Shown here: piece after piece, positions 9,091 to 18,879 of the stretch
Layout: the number at the start of each line of letters is the position of its first letter
Position numbering within the stretch: the stretch's first letter is position 1
Origin: Coleofasciculus sp. B1-GNL1-01
Lineage (GTDB): Bacteria; Cyanobacteriota; Cyanobacteriia; Cyanobacteriales; Coleofasciculaceae
NCBI GenBank assembly: GCA_040220235.1
Contig: JAVJTO010000102.1
Strand: one strand, 5' to 3'
DNA length: 64,000 bases
The notes under the pieces: model-generated
Told to the model about the DNA's origin: nothing
Seen by the model: only the letters and a program-made list of their open reading frames with translations
Database searches by the model: none
Position numbers and translations under genes: made by a program

Positions 9091-9984
9091 GTGTTCAAAC
9101 GTATTCTGTTATTGCCTATTTTTGTTCTGCTGGCTTGGCTGACCAAACCTGCTCCTGTGTCCGCCCAAGCCCTGCTTCCCTATACTTTACAGCTCGATGC
9201 TGAGGAATTAGAGCAGCAAGGCTTGAATCTAGCGCAGGATGCCGTTCAGCTTACCCGTTTCCAGCAATACGATCTGGCATTGTCTAGAGCTAAACTAGCA
9301 ACTCAGCTTGCTCCCAATAGTTTTGAAACGTGGTTTATTTTGGGAACCTTGTATGTCCAAAACCAGCAATTCGACGAGGGAATTGAGGCACTCTCTAAGG
9401 CTCAATCCTTGAAGCCTGAAGAGGCTGGTGTTCTCTTTTCCTTAGGCAATGTCTATTTTCAGAAAGAGGAGTATCGAAAAGCCGTGTCTAGTTTAGAAGC
9501 TGGCTTGAAGATAGAACCTGAGGTTCCCGAAGCGCTCTTTGATCTAGGCAACGCCTACTATATGCTGGATCAGTATTCAAAGGCGATCGCCGCATACCAA
9601 AAAGCGGCAGATCAGGAACCCAGTGATACGTGGCCCGTGTGGCCCGCGATCAATAATATCGGATTGGTCAAGTATGAACAGGGGGATGTGGCTGGCGCGA
9701 TTGACAAATGGCAAGCCGCGATCGCGATTGATCCAGAAGCAGCTGAACCGAAGCTGGCTGTAGCCGTAGCACTTTATACCCAAGGGGAGCAAGACAGAGG
9801 ACTGACTCTAGGAGAAACAGCCCTCCGCTCAGATGAGCGTTATGCTGATTTAGAGTTCCTCAAAGAAAATCTTTGGGGGGAACGTCTGATGTCTGATACT
9901 CAAAAATTCTTGGCAAACCCCAGAATTCAGGCAACCATTGCCCCCGGTAACAACGCTCCTGTACAAGTAGACGTTACCCCTTGA
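9091..9984 (+). CDS. Secreted tetratricopeptide repeat protein
   Basis: Signal-peptide-like N-terminus and several TPR motifs (LGNVYF, LGNAYY, NNIGLVKY). Confidence 0.85.
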   Translation: MFKRILLLPIFVLLAWLTKPAPVSAQALLPYTLQLDAEELEQQGLNLAQDAVQLTRFQQYDLALSRAKLATQLAPNSFETWFILGTLYVQNQQFDEGIEALSKAQSLKPEEAGVLFSLGNVYFQKEEYRKAVSSLEAGLKIEPEVPEALFDLGNAYYMLDQYSKAIAAYQKAADQEPSDTWPVWPAINNIGLVKYEQGDVAGAIDKWQAAIAIDPEAAEPKLAVAVALYTQGEQDRGLTLGETALRSDERYADLEFLKENLWGERLMSDTQKFLANPRIQATIAPGNNAPVQVDVTP

Positions 9985-10162
9985 ATCAAAATTTGAGTGT
10001 TCCCAGACGCGCCAGGGCGCGTCTCTACGCTGCTAAGGTATGGTATCAGGGGATGTATAAGCAAAACTGACCGCAAGATTTCTGACGTTTTTCGTCGAAA
10101 CTCCTTTGGGTCACAAACCCTGTCTTGATCAGACAGTTTTACAATTAAATGCTGGTTTTTAA

Positions 10163-10392
10163 ATGGAGATAATCCCAGGAACCAGCTTGCCCTGTAATAA
10201 GTCCCTTCGCCTACCCAGTCCAAGATGTCTTGGCATTACCCAACGCCTAACCAATTAGGCTTAGAGATAGTCCGAACTAGGGAAGTATTCGGAAGTCTGT
10301 GCCAGAACTAGGCTCACTTAGGGCCATCACCGCTTACGTTGTCCAAATTGGCTTGGTCAATCCTTGTCCCTTTTAGGGCAAGGTTGGTAAAC
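10163..10392 (-). ncRNA. HEARO / omegaRNA scaffold (IscB/IsrB-associated), orphan
   Basis: Minus strand reads GTTTACCAACCTTGCCCTAAAAGGGACAAGGATTG...CAGACTTCCGAATACTTCCCTAGTTCGGA...GCCTAATTGGTTAGGCGTTG...AAGACATC...GGCGAAGGGACTTA...GGATTATCTCC. Several hairpins plus a CTTCCCT/AGGGA pairing fit cyanobacterial HEARO RNAs as I recall them. Confidence 0.75.
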
Positions 10393-10546
10393 CTCTATAT
10401 TTTGCCGAAACGGTTGTGGTACAGTACAGATGTACTTTAGCAAGACTCTAGGGGTTCGGCAATGTCAGCACCCAGTTTCAGAGGATGAATCGTCCTACAC
10501 CAACCAACACGGGTTATCTCCAGGTGTTGCTCTTACTCAGGTTTGC

Positions 10547-10948
10547 CTAATCATCTTTGGGCAAAAGTGCCAGGATTTGATCGACAAACTGTTGATGATC
10601 AACAACAGGTTTAGAGATATAACCATCAGCACCACTTTGCTTAAGGAAGTTTTCGCGATCGCCTTCCATAGCATGAGCCGTGACTAATATAATGGGCAGA
10701 TTGCTGGTTTGAGCGTCCGCTTTCAGCATTTGGGTAATCTTGATGCCGTCTACTGGCTTACCTTGGTAAACACTGTGAGCCAGGGAAACATCCATCAAGA
10801 TAATATCTGCATCTCCCGCGTGGGCAATTTTCATGACCTCCTCTACATCTTCGGTTCCCTTGACATTCAAGCCACCCCGCTTCGTGAGAATTTTGGAAAA
10901 AACGCGAAGATTAATGGGATCGTCTTCTACAATCAGAACGGTTTTCAT
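10547..10948 (-). CDS. Single-domain response regulator (DivK/CheY-like)
   Basis: LIVEDD, ILMDV, VTAHAM, YISKP receiver-domain motifs. Confidence 0.92.
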   Translation of the reverse strand: MKTVLIVEDDPINLRVFSKILTKRGGLNVKGTEDVEEVMKIAHAGDADIILMDVSLAHSVYQGKPVDGIKITQMLKADAQTSNLPIILVTAHAMEGDRENFLKQSGADGYISKPVVDHQQFVDQILALLPKDD

Positions 10949-11083
10949 GGGCGTTGCATCAAGAAAGTCGTCTTTTCAACAAAAGTGCGATTTGATCATC
11001 AGTCTGACAGGGACTGGGCAATGTTGCCACAAAAAAAATCAAATTTTCATCTCGTTGTGGTTAGAAATTAGGACACAGAACTC

Positions 11084-13618
11084 ATGGCAAAACAGTTGAA
11101 TCTGCTGGCGACTGGTCAAGTTATTCCCACGCCCCTCCATGCAGAGATGCAACAGTCATATCTTGAATATGCCATGAGTGTCATCGTTGGGCGTGCCTTG
11201 CCAGACGTTTGCGACGGTCTAAAGCCCGTGCATCGGCGTATTTTGTATGCCATGTACGAATTGGGTTTAACCCCCGATAGACCCTACCGTAAGTGCGCTC
11301 GCGTAGTGGGTGATGTTTTGGGGAAGTATCATCCCCATGGGGATCAAGCTGTATACGATGCTATGGTGCGCTTGATCCAAGACTTTTCCACTCGCTATCC
11401 ACTATTGGCGGGTCATGGCAATTTTGGGTCGGTGGATAACGACCCACCGGCTGCCATGCGTTACACAGAGACGCGGCTGTCTCCCATCAGTCATGAAGCC
11501 CTCCTATCAGAAATTGGCGAGGCAACCGTTGATTTTATCGATAATTTCGATGGCTCTCAACAAGAGCCTGTGGTTTTACCCGCTCAACTACCCATTTTAC
11601 TGCTCAATGGTTGCTCTGGCATTGCGGTTGGCATGGCAACGAATATTCCGCCTCATAACTTGGGCGAAATTGTAGATGGGTTAATCGCCTTGATTGATCG
11701 CCCGGATCTGGCGGATGAGAAATTGTGGAAACTAATTCCCGGACCCGATTTTCCCACGGGAGGGGAAATTATCGATACGTCGGGAATTCGGGATGCCTAT
11801 CGCAGTGGACGTGGCATTATTCCGGTGCGGGGAATTGCCAAGGTGGAAGAGATTCAAGTCGGGCGTACTCGCCGTCATCGCCGCACGGCACTCATTGTCA
11901 CAGAATTACCCTATCAAGTGAATAAAGCGGCTTGGATTGAAAAAATTGCCGATCTGGTCAATCATGGACGCTTAGACGGAATTGCCGATTTGCGCGATGA
12001 GAGCGATCGCCGGGGGATGCGGGTGGTTGTGGAACTTAAACGGGATGCTCATCCCAGAGATGTTCTTCAGCACCTCTATAAACAAACCCCCTTACAAAGT
12101 AACTTTGGCGCGATTATGCTGGCATTAGTCAATGGACAGCCCCGCCAGCTACCCTTACGGCAATGCCTGGAAGAATTCTTACGCTTCCGGGAACAAACCC
12201 TGACTCGGCAATATACCTATGAACTTGATCAGAAACGACAACGGCGTCATCTGGTGGAAGGATTATTGGTTTGCTTAAATCAACTCACTCGCGTGATTGA
12301 AATTCTCACCCATGCGCCTGATGGCACAACCGCCAAGACTCGGTTTCAAGATCAGTTAAACCTGAGTGAGAGTCAAGCTGATGCCATCCTTGCCATGCCG
12401 ATGCGCCGCCTTACGGGGTTAGAACGGCAAAAACTCCAGACCGAATTTGAGGAACTCACCGCCCGCATTGAAACTCTCCAGGACTTACTCAGTAGCCGAC
12501 ATGAACTCCTCAAAACCCTGAAAAAAGAGTTGCGATCGCTCAAACGGAAATATGCTGATCCGCGTCGCACCAAAATCCGATCGCCGCAATCTCTTAAAGA
12601 ACCCAAACAACCCAAATCCGAAAAACAAACCCGCAAGAAAACCAAAACCTCAGACAAGCCAAAAACCTCGACCTCAAAACCCCCATCGCCAAGTCTGATT
12701 GACATTGAAGCCGAACAAACAGTTCTGGAGTTTACCTATCAAGGAAACGTACAACGCCTGCGTTCTGCCCCTGATCCCAAATCCAAACCCTCGATCAAAG
12801 ATGGGAACGATTTTGTGGTTCAGACGCAGCAAACCACCACCCAGTCAGAATTTGCCACCCTAACCAGTGGGGGTAAAGCCTACCCCTTGAAAGTGCAAGA
12901 TATCCCACCCGCCGCAGGGCGTAAGCAAGGTATTCCTGTAACTCGTCTCCTTCCTGATGCAGCTCAATCTGAAACTGTTATCGCCCATTTTCGACCCAGA
13001 GAACTCTCGGAGTCTCTCAGCCTGATTTTGCTCACCCAACAGGGGCGAGTTAAACGTCTACCCGCTACCGAGTTACTTAACTTAACGGCACGCGGTTTAA
13101 CGGTGGTCAAGCTCAAAGAGGAGGATTCTCTAGCGTATGTTACCCTGGCTAAACCCAATGATGATCTGATTATCGCTACCAGTAATGGGCGCTTATTACG
13201 CTTTGAAATTAACGACCAAAATTTACCGATTATGGGGCGTACAGCTCAAGGAAATCAGGCATTGCGACTGCGGCGTCGGGAGGAATTAGTCGGATGTGTG
13301 GCGATCGCTCCCAACGAGAATCTTTTACTGGTATCTGAGCAAGGCTATGGCAAACGCATCGGACTCGGTGTCATCAGACGCATCAAACGGGGTGATCTGG
13401 GTACTCAAGCCCTGCAATTTAAAACCTCAACGGATCGATTGATGGGAGTCATTAACGCCTCTCAAACAGAGACGGCTGTGTTGCTAACCAGCGACAATCG
13501 AGTCATGACTGTATCGTTAAAATCTGTAAAGTTGTCCGGCAAAGATGGGTGTGGCGATCGCTTGGTTAAACTCAAGTCAAATGAAACAATTATCAACGTT
13601 ACAGCAATCCTGCCGTAA
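11084..13618 (+). CDS. gyrA: DNA gyrase/topoisomerase IV subunit A (second cyanobacterial paralogue)
   Basis: [29 protein letters not shown] catalytic Tyr, C-terminal pinwheel repeats; no canonical GyrA box seen. Confidence 0.9.
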   Translation: MAKQLNLLATGQVIPTPLHAEMQQSYLEYAMSVIVGRALPDVCDGLKPVHRRILYAMYELGLTPDRPYRKCARVVGDVLGKYHPHGDQAVYDAMVRLIQDFSTRYPLLAGHGNFGSVDNDPPAAMRYTETRLSPISHEALLSEIGEATVDFIDNFDGSQQEPVVLPAQLPILLLNGCSGIAVGMATNIPPHNLGEIVDGLIALIDRPDLADEKLWKLIPGPDFPTGGEIIDTSGIRDAYRSGRGIIPVRGIAKVEEIQVGRTRRHRRTALIVTELPYQVNKAAWIEKIADLVNHGRLDGIADLRDESDRRGMRVVVELKRDAHPRDVLQHLYKQTPLQSNFGAIMLALVNGQPRQLPLRQCLEEFLRFREQTLTRQYTYELDQKRQRRHLVEGLLVCLNQLTRVIEILTHAPDGTTAKTRFQDQLNLSESQADAILAMPMRRLTGLERQKLQTEFEELTARIETLQDLLSSRHELLKTLKKELRSLKRKYADPRRTKIRSPQSLKEPKQPKSEKQTRKKTKTSDKPKTSTSKPPSPSLIDIEAEQTVLEFTYQGNVQRLRSAPDPKSKPSIKDGNDFVVQTQQTTTQSEFATLTSGGKAYPLKVQDIPPAAGRKQGIPVTRLLPDAAQSETVIAHFRPRELSESLSLILLTQQGRVKRLPATELLNLTARGLTVVKLKEEDSLAYVTLAKPNDDLIIATSNGRLLRFEINDQNLPIMGRTAQGNQALRLRRREELVGCVAIAPNENLLLVSEQGYGKRIGLGVIRRIKRGDLGTQALQFKTSTDRLMGVINASQTETAVLLTSDNRVMTVSLKSVKLSGKDGCGDRLVKLKSNETIINVTAILP

Positions 13619-13751
13619 CCGAAAACTTTTCGATCAGCTAGATATGGTTTTATAGTGGGGGATAAGTGTACGTGAATGCTATTTAATCCCTAAAGCTTGG
13701 GAATTCTGGAAGCACCAGTATAGAAAATCTAACTTAAGTGATAGTTCAACC

Positions 13752-15077
13752 ATGACCGATCCAAAACGACCTCCGAGTGCGCCACCCCCTCCACCCCGCG
13801 TTCCTCCAGCGCCACCGCCACCGCCCAGAGGAGGAACGTCTCGGAAAGCGCCGCCAGGGGCAACCCAAGCGATGCCCTCTAAAACAATGCCGATGCCGCC
13901 CAAGGCGGGTCAGTCGGCATCAGCGCCTACTGCCGTTAAAACAGCACCGAGTTCTCGCCCACCTTCATCGGGCGTCAAACCCCGGACACCAGCGCCGGGT
14001 GCGGGACTTTCTCCTGGACAGCCAACATTAGCCCAACTGATCCGGGAAGCCTATGACAAGGGCTTTTCTGACGTTCACGTTGGAGTCGGTGAAGTCCCTC
14101 GAATGCGAAACCGAGGGGAAATGGAACATACAGAATATCCTGTAACTGATAAACCGACGTTTATGAGTTGGTTGCGGGAAATTCTCACGGATGAAGAAAT
14201 TCGCCGTTTCCAAAACGAACTCGAATTTGATGGTGCGGCACAGTATGACTTTGCCCGGGTGCGGATTAATATCTTCGACTCCCTGACTGGACCGGCAATA
14301 GTTCTGCGCTTGATTCCACTCAAGATTTTGACGATGGAACAGTTGCGACTCCCTTCAATCCTTAGGGATGTCTGTAGTTATCACAAGGGTTTAATTCTGG
14401 TCACGGGTCCAACCGGTTCAGGTAAGTCAACGACGCTAGCGGCGATGATTGACTACATGAACAAGGAGATGCCAAAGCATATCATTACGATTGAAGACCC
14501 AATCGAATTTGTTCATAAAAGCCAAAAAGCCCTAATTAAACAACGGGAAGTCGGCGCTCATACCCTCCAGTTTGACAACGCTTTAAAAGCCTCTTTGCGG
14601 GAAGATCCGGATGTGATTCTGGTGGGGGAAATGCGGGATCGGGGAACTGTAAATACAGCCCTGAAAGCGGCTCAAACGGGTCACTTGGTTATGGGGACAC
14701 TGCACACAAACAGTGCGGTGAAAACCATTGAACGGATTCTCAATCTTTATAATCCAGAAGAACAACACGCTATCCGTGTGGCTTTTGCCGAATCCATGGT
14801 GGCAATCATTGCTCAAGGGTTATGTCGCACCACTGATGGCAAACGTGCCGCCTTCCACGACATTCTGATTAATACAGAAGCGATTCGGGATTATATCCGT
14901 AAGGGTGAATATGAGGAAGTTCACGAACTGATGGCGGCTAATGAATTTGACGGCATGATCACGATGAATAAGTCCTTGTTTAACCTTTATCAGGAAGGAC
15001 GTATCACAGAAGAAACTGCCCTAGAACAGTCGCCGACTCAAAATGAAATGGCGATGATGTTACGGGGTCGTATTTAA
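13752..15077 (+). CDS. pilT: Type IV pilus retraction ATPase with Pro-rich N-terminus (PilT2-like)
   Basis: GPTGSGKSTT, TIEDPIE, LREDPDVILVGEMRD, GHLVMGTLHT. Confidence 0.92.
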   Translation: MTDPKRPPSAPPPPPRVPPAPPPPPRGGTSRKAPPGATQAMPSKTMPMPPKAGQSASAPTAVKTAPSSRPPSSGVKPRTPAPGAGLSPGQPTLAQLIREAYDKGFSDVHVGVGEVPRMRNRGEMEHTEYPVTDKPTFMSWLREILTDEEIRRFQNELEFDGAAQYDFARVRINIFDSLTGPAIVLRLIPLKILTMEQLRLPSILRDVCSYHKGLILVTGPTGSGKSTTLAAMIDYMNKEMPKHIITIEDPIEFVHKSQKALIKQREVGAHTLQFDNALKASLREDPDVILVGEMRDRGTVNTALKAAQTGHLVMGTLHTNSAVKTIERILNLYNPEEQHAIRVAFAESMVAIIAQGLCRTTDGKRAAFHDILINTEAIRDYIRKGEYEEVHELMAANEFDGMITMNKSLFNLYQEGRITEETALEQSPTQNEMAMMLRGRI

Positions 15078-15252
15078 TTGTCATTTGTCATTTGTCATTC
15101 GTCATACTCGCTTCCCGAAAAGGAACAAGCTACGTCTTATGTTAGGACAAAGAGGTGGCAGCCAGGAAAATCTTATCTTGTGATCTGCCGCCTTGATTTA
15201 CTAGAAAAACTCTAATTTGTGACAATCAACAATCAACAATCAACAATCAGCA

Positions 15253-16188
15253 ATGGACGAGACTCAACGCTCGTTTCCTCAGTTATTTAAGGGCATTGCC
15301 CTATTTACACCAGGGGGAGATTTAATTTATAGCGTTGACCCTAGTAAACAAGAGCATTGGCATTTACATCTGTGTGCGAGTTTACAAGAACTTCTCGGAT
15401 TACCAGAACCGCCCCATTTTTTAGTGCCGGGATATACTGGCACAATTGATCGTTGGCTCGATCCTTATAGCCAACAGATGCGAACGTCAGCAGAACTTTA
15501 TCCCCCGATTCAACAGCATCAAGCTTTGCTGAATGCGGTGTTTGGTGTTAGAAATCTGGTCTGGCAAGTCACTCCTTGGCGGGAAGAGACTTGTGATCCC
15601 ATGGTTTTGGAGACCTATCGCGATCGCTTTCCCCAATTGTGGCAGGATCATGATTTGATTATCCGTTGCGATCGCCCGGATCAATGTCTAGAAAAGTTGT
15701 CTGATGCTAATCCTAGGCATGATCACGATTCAAGTCTGATTGAATCTCCCCAGAGTTACCCTTGGTCTTTTCCAGAACGTTGGACGATTCAACAAACACC
15801 ATGGCAAGAATCGTCCCACCCATCGTCTACAGAAATTGATCCTCTAGACTCCCCGAACTCAGATAGGGAATCGAATTCGAGTCAGGCTAAATCTACACCC
15901 TTAACTACTCCTAGTTATGTCCTGCGCTTATTTGTATCAGGACACAGTGGATCAACTGAACATATCCTGAAAAAACTGCATCAGTTACTCGAACAATCCC
16001 TACAACATCCTTATACTCTAAAAGTAATTGATGTATTTAAGCATCCTGAACAAGCAGAAGCTAATCAAATTTCAGCGACTCCCACACTGCTGAGAGTTTG
16101 GCCCCCACCCGTCCGACGTATTGTTGGTGATTTGAACAATTTAGAAAATCTTTTACGCATCCTTATTGCTCCAGAGGCTCAACGATAA
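15253..16188 (+). CDS. KaiB-family domain protein with a long N-terminal domain
   Basis: C-terminal YVLRLFVSG...YTLKVIDVFKHPEQAE..ISATPTL...PVRRIVGDL is KaiB-like. Confidence 0.8.
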   Translation: MDETQRSFPQLFKGIALFTPGGDLIYSVDPSKQEHWHLHLCASLQELLGLPEPPHFLVPGYTGTIDRWLDPYSQQMRTSAELYPPIQQHQALLNAVFGVRNLVWQVTPWREETCDPMVLETYRDRFPQLWQDHDLIIRCDRPDQCLEKLSDANPRHDHDSSLIESPQSYPWSFPERWTIQQTPWQESSHPSSTEIDPLDSPNSDRESNSSQAKSTPLTTPSYVLRLFVSGHSGSTEHILKKLHQLLEQSLQHPYTLKVIDVFKHPEQAEANQISATPTLLRVWPPPVRRIVGDLNNLENLLRILIAPEAQR

Positions 16189-16274
16189 AAGTAAGCCTAG
16201 AACTAAAGTTCTGGCTCAAAGCTTAAACCCGTTAAAACGGGTTCAAAGACTTACCAAGTCAGCGATATTCTACT

Positions 16275-16653
16275 TAGGGCTTGCTGTATAGCACTACGCA
16301 TTAAGGTTAGGACAATACAATTGGGTGAAAAGGCAACAGGCAACAGGCTACAGGCAACAGGCAACAGGGGAATGTCCTAACGTATCCCCGTAGGGCTATA
16401 TAAGTGTGAAAGGTAGACTAGATAGGGGTTTCAAGCCATTTTCCGACCCAACAAGTGCAAAGTTTTTACACTATAACCGTCTTGCATCCTGGAAATTTTG
16501 CCGACCTCAGCACCGAATTCTCCCTCGACAGAGGGTCAACATCGATCGAATTTCGGCACGCTCAATTGCCGCGAAATCGAGATGTTGAAACCATTGCCCA
16601 TTGCCTATTCCCTATTGCCTCTCCTTACCACAAAACTTATTCAGCAGACCTTA
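16275..16653. mobile_element. Non-autonomous element (ends GGGCTTGCTG.ATAAG / CTTATTCAGCAGACC) with a nested MITE
   Basis: Terminal inverted repeats; its right part recurs at 54137-54239. Confidence 0.65.
16287..16400. mobile_element. TA-flanked MITE carrying (GGCAACA)n
   Basis: TATAGCACTACG..GTTAGGACA / TGTCCTAAC..CGTAGGGCTATA inverted ends. Confidence 0.7.
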
Positions 16654-16669
16654 CTTAAGTCAGTGTCAT

Positions 16670-17899
16670 TCAATTAAGTTGAGCGACTTGAGGAATACGT
16701 CCTTTTAAACCTGTCATTAATTGCAGAGCATAACACTTAATAGGATACAGATGACGCAACATCCATAATCCTAGGCGACGTAGGGTAACGATGGGCAACC
16801 AGTTATTAGAAAATATTCGATCAAGGAAATCAGTAAAGCCTAAAATGACGAGATTTTCGCGTTTGCGCCACCGTTCATAGCGCTTGAGTATCCGTTCGTC
16901 TCCGATATCTTCACCCTGTTGATGGGCGTCTTGGATGACTTGGGCAAGGGCGGCGGCGTCTCGGATGCCCATATTTAACCCTTGTCCACCCACAGGATGG
17001 CAACAATGGGCGGCGTCGCCAATCAGGGCGAGGCGGTGTTGAGTGTAGCGATCGCTTTGCATTAACTGTACGGGAAAGACAATGCGATCGCTATCGAGTT
17101 CTAAATGCCCTAAAAGTCCGCCTGTGCGGTATTCTAGGAGTTCTAGGAATTCTTTTTCATCTAAGTCTTTTAACTGCTGGGCTTCGGCGTGAGGGGCTGT
17201 CCACACCACCTGACAGCGATTTTCCGCTAGAGGGAGTACCCCCATCGGACCACTTTCCCAGAAGCGTTCAAAGGCGGTATCGTTATGGGATTTCTCGGTT
17301 TTGATGCGGGCGGTGACGCAGGATTGCCAATATTTCCAGCCTTTTGTCCCGATTCCGGCGGCTGTACGAATACGCGATCGCGAACCATCAGCCGCAACAA
17401 CTAAGCGCGATCGTAGGTGCTGAGATGTTCCGTCCACATTTACCGTAACCTCTACCCCAGAGGCTTGATACTCGACATCAACCACTTCCGTCGGAGACAA
17501 CCAGCTTACAGTCGGACAATCTGCCAAAAACTCATACAGCGCCGTAAGCAAGGGACGATGTTCGCCCACATACCCCAAATCCTGCGTACCTAAATCGTTG
17601 GGGTGAAACTGCACAAATTTGGGATAATCACCGTCAGAGAGACGAATTTGCCGATAGGTGGCAATTTGCGGCTGAATCGTCTGCCAAACCCCGATTCCTT
17701 GGAAAATGCGCCCAGAAAGCAGCGAGAGGGCGTAAGCTTGCCGTCTGGCTACGGCGACTGACTGAGGTTTTGCCTCAATTAATCCAATCCGCAACCCCGA
17801 CTTTTTCAACGCACAGGCGAAGGTTGCGCCGACAATACCGCCGCCAACGATGACCAGATCATAGTCAAAGGTTTGATTGTATGCCTGTTCTTGCGCCAT
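16670..17899 (-). CDS. FAD-dependent hydroxylase, UbiH/COQ6 family
   Basis: IVGGGIVG, VAADGSRS, LIGDAAHCCHPVGGQGLNMGIRD. Start at MAQEQ preferred over 17929. Confidence 0.88.
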   Translation of the reverse strand: MAQEQAYNQTFDYDLVIVGGGIVGATFACALKKSGLRIGLIEAKPQSVAVARRQAYALSLLSGRIFQGIGVWQTIQPQIATYRQIRLSDGDYPKFVQFHPNDLGTQDLGYVGEHRPLLTALYEFLADCPTVSWLSPTEVVDVEYQASGVEVTVNVDGTSQHLRSRLVVAADGSRSRIRTAAGIGTKGWKYWQSCVTARIKTEKSHNDTAFERFWESGPMGVLPLAENRCQVVWTAPHAEAQQLKDLDEKEFLELLEYRTGGLLGHLELDSDRIVFPVQLMQSDRYTQHRLALIGDAAHCCHPVGGQGLNMGIRDAAALAQVIQDAHQQGEDIGDERILKRYERWRKRENLVILGFTDFLDRIFSNNWLPIVTLRRLGLWMLRHLYPIKCYALQLMTGLKGRIPQVAQLN

Positions 17900-18073
17900 G
17901 TTCAGAGAATGTATCGAAATGATAAGCATTTTTACTTTTCTTCATTTTGACGTGGATAGCTGAAGAGGGCAAGTCGCAGATGGGTTTGTAGGGGCGGGTT
18001 TCACCATTATCGTTTTGGTTGCACCCATAAGTGACTAAACCCGCCCCGACTTTCGTTGGTTTAGAGACTTTCC

Positions 18074-18328
18074 TTAGTAGGTAGAAATCTGCCGAATCAA
18101 CATACTCACAAATTCACCAGGATTGCCTGTAGGCTGCAAGGGACTCCATTCAATCACTTCGGCGAATCGGAGGCGGTACAAGGTGCGAATGATGCTGTTC
18201 ACGCCTCGGCGAGAACCAATAATCGAGATTTTGACAGGTTCACGGTGGGGGGTAGGTTCTGGTGTGGCTGATGGAGAGGGGGGAACGGTAAGGGTTTCGA
18301 GAATATCGGGGATAAAGTCTTCTGACAT
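18074..18328 (-). CDS. Small hypothetical protein
   Basis: 84 aa, ATG start, divergent from an HTH gene; IGS..GV..II..L...FAEV.EWSPLQP pattern. Confidence 0.7.
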   Translation of the reverse strand: MSEDFIPDILETLTVPPSPSATPEPTPHREPVKISIIGSRRGVNSIIRTLYRLRFAEVIEWSPLQPTGNPGEFVSMLIRQISTY

Positions 18329-18360
18329 TGGGATTCACCTAATTTTGAATTGCCGCAGGA

Positions 18361-18417
18361 TGTAAACCTAATAGGTCACATTTTGATTCTACCAGGATGT
18401 GATCCAGTAGGCTTACA
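18361..18417. promoter_or_regulatory. Two related imperfect palindromes, candidate XRE operators
   Basis: TGTAAACCTAATAGGTCACA (18361-18380) and TGTGATCCAGTAGGCTTACA (18398-18417) are near reverse complements of each other and lie between divergent genes. Confidence 0.6.
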
Positions 18418-18453
18418 TTTACTTCTTTATCTGCCTCTGACACGATTAGAGGC

Positions 18454-18693
18454 ATGGGAAAAGCAGGCGAAGCACTCAGGCAGGTTTTAAACACCTACGG
18501 AATCAGCCAGAATAAGTTGGCGGTGACACTAGGAATTGAACGTGGCAGTGTTTACCGTTGGGTTCATGAAGTTAGAGATCCAACGGCAGAGACGGTAAGA
18601 GAGATTGTCCAGGCACTTCAGGGAATTAATCCAGCCGCTGCCGAGACGTTTGTCGAATTATATTTAGGTGAATTGATTAAGAATGAAGAGTAG
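18454..18693 (+). CDS. XRE-family helix-turn-helix regulator
   Basis: LRQVL..YGISQNKLAVTLGIERGSVYRWVHEVRDP; GAGG ribosome-binding site. Confidence 0.88.
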   Translation: MGKAGEALRQVLNTYGISQNKLAVTLGIERGSVYRWVHEVRDPTAETVREIVQALQGINPAAAETFVELYLGELIKNEE

Positions 18694-18879
18694 AAGTAAT
18701 GCGTACCTGTACAGAGGATAAGAATATTGAGTGAGAGGGAAAAGCGATCGCGCTCCTTCACAAAACTTATTTAGCTAGTCGCCTAAATTTTGATAAATAT
18801 TTAATCAATTTCCAGCACTAAGCAGGTAAAATAGAGAGACTCTGAAGCAGAATCACCGCTATCGTTGAGGCACTTGGCA

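Noticed and set aside
9927..10223. 98-aa minus-strand ORF
   Set aside because: Runs through the structured RNA and repeats and has no recognisable IscB motifs; probably spurious.
10245..10275. AGAGATAGTCC after a hairpin, resembling the group I intron S element
   Set aside because: No matching R element or host gene; the opposite strand is better explained as a HEARO/omegaRNA.
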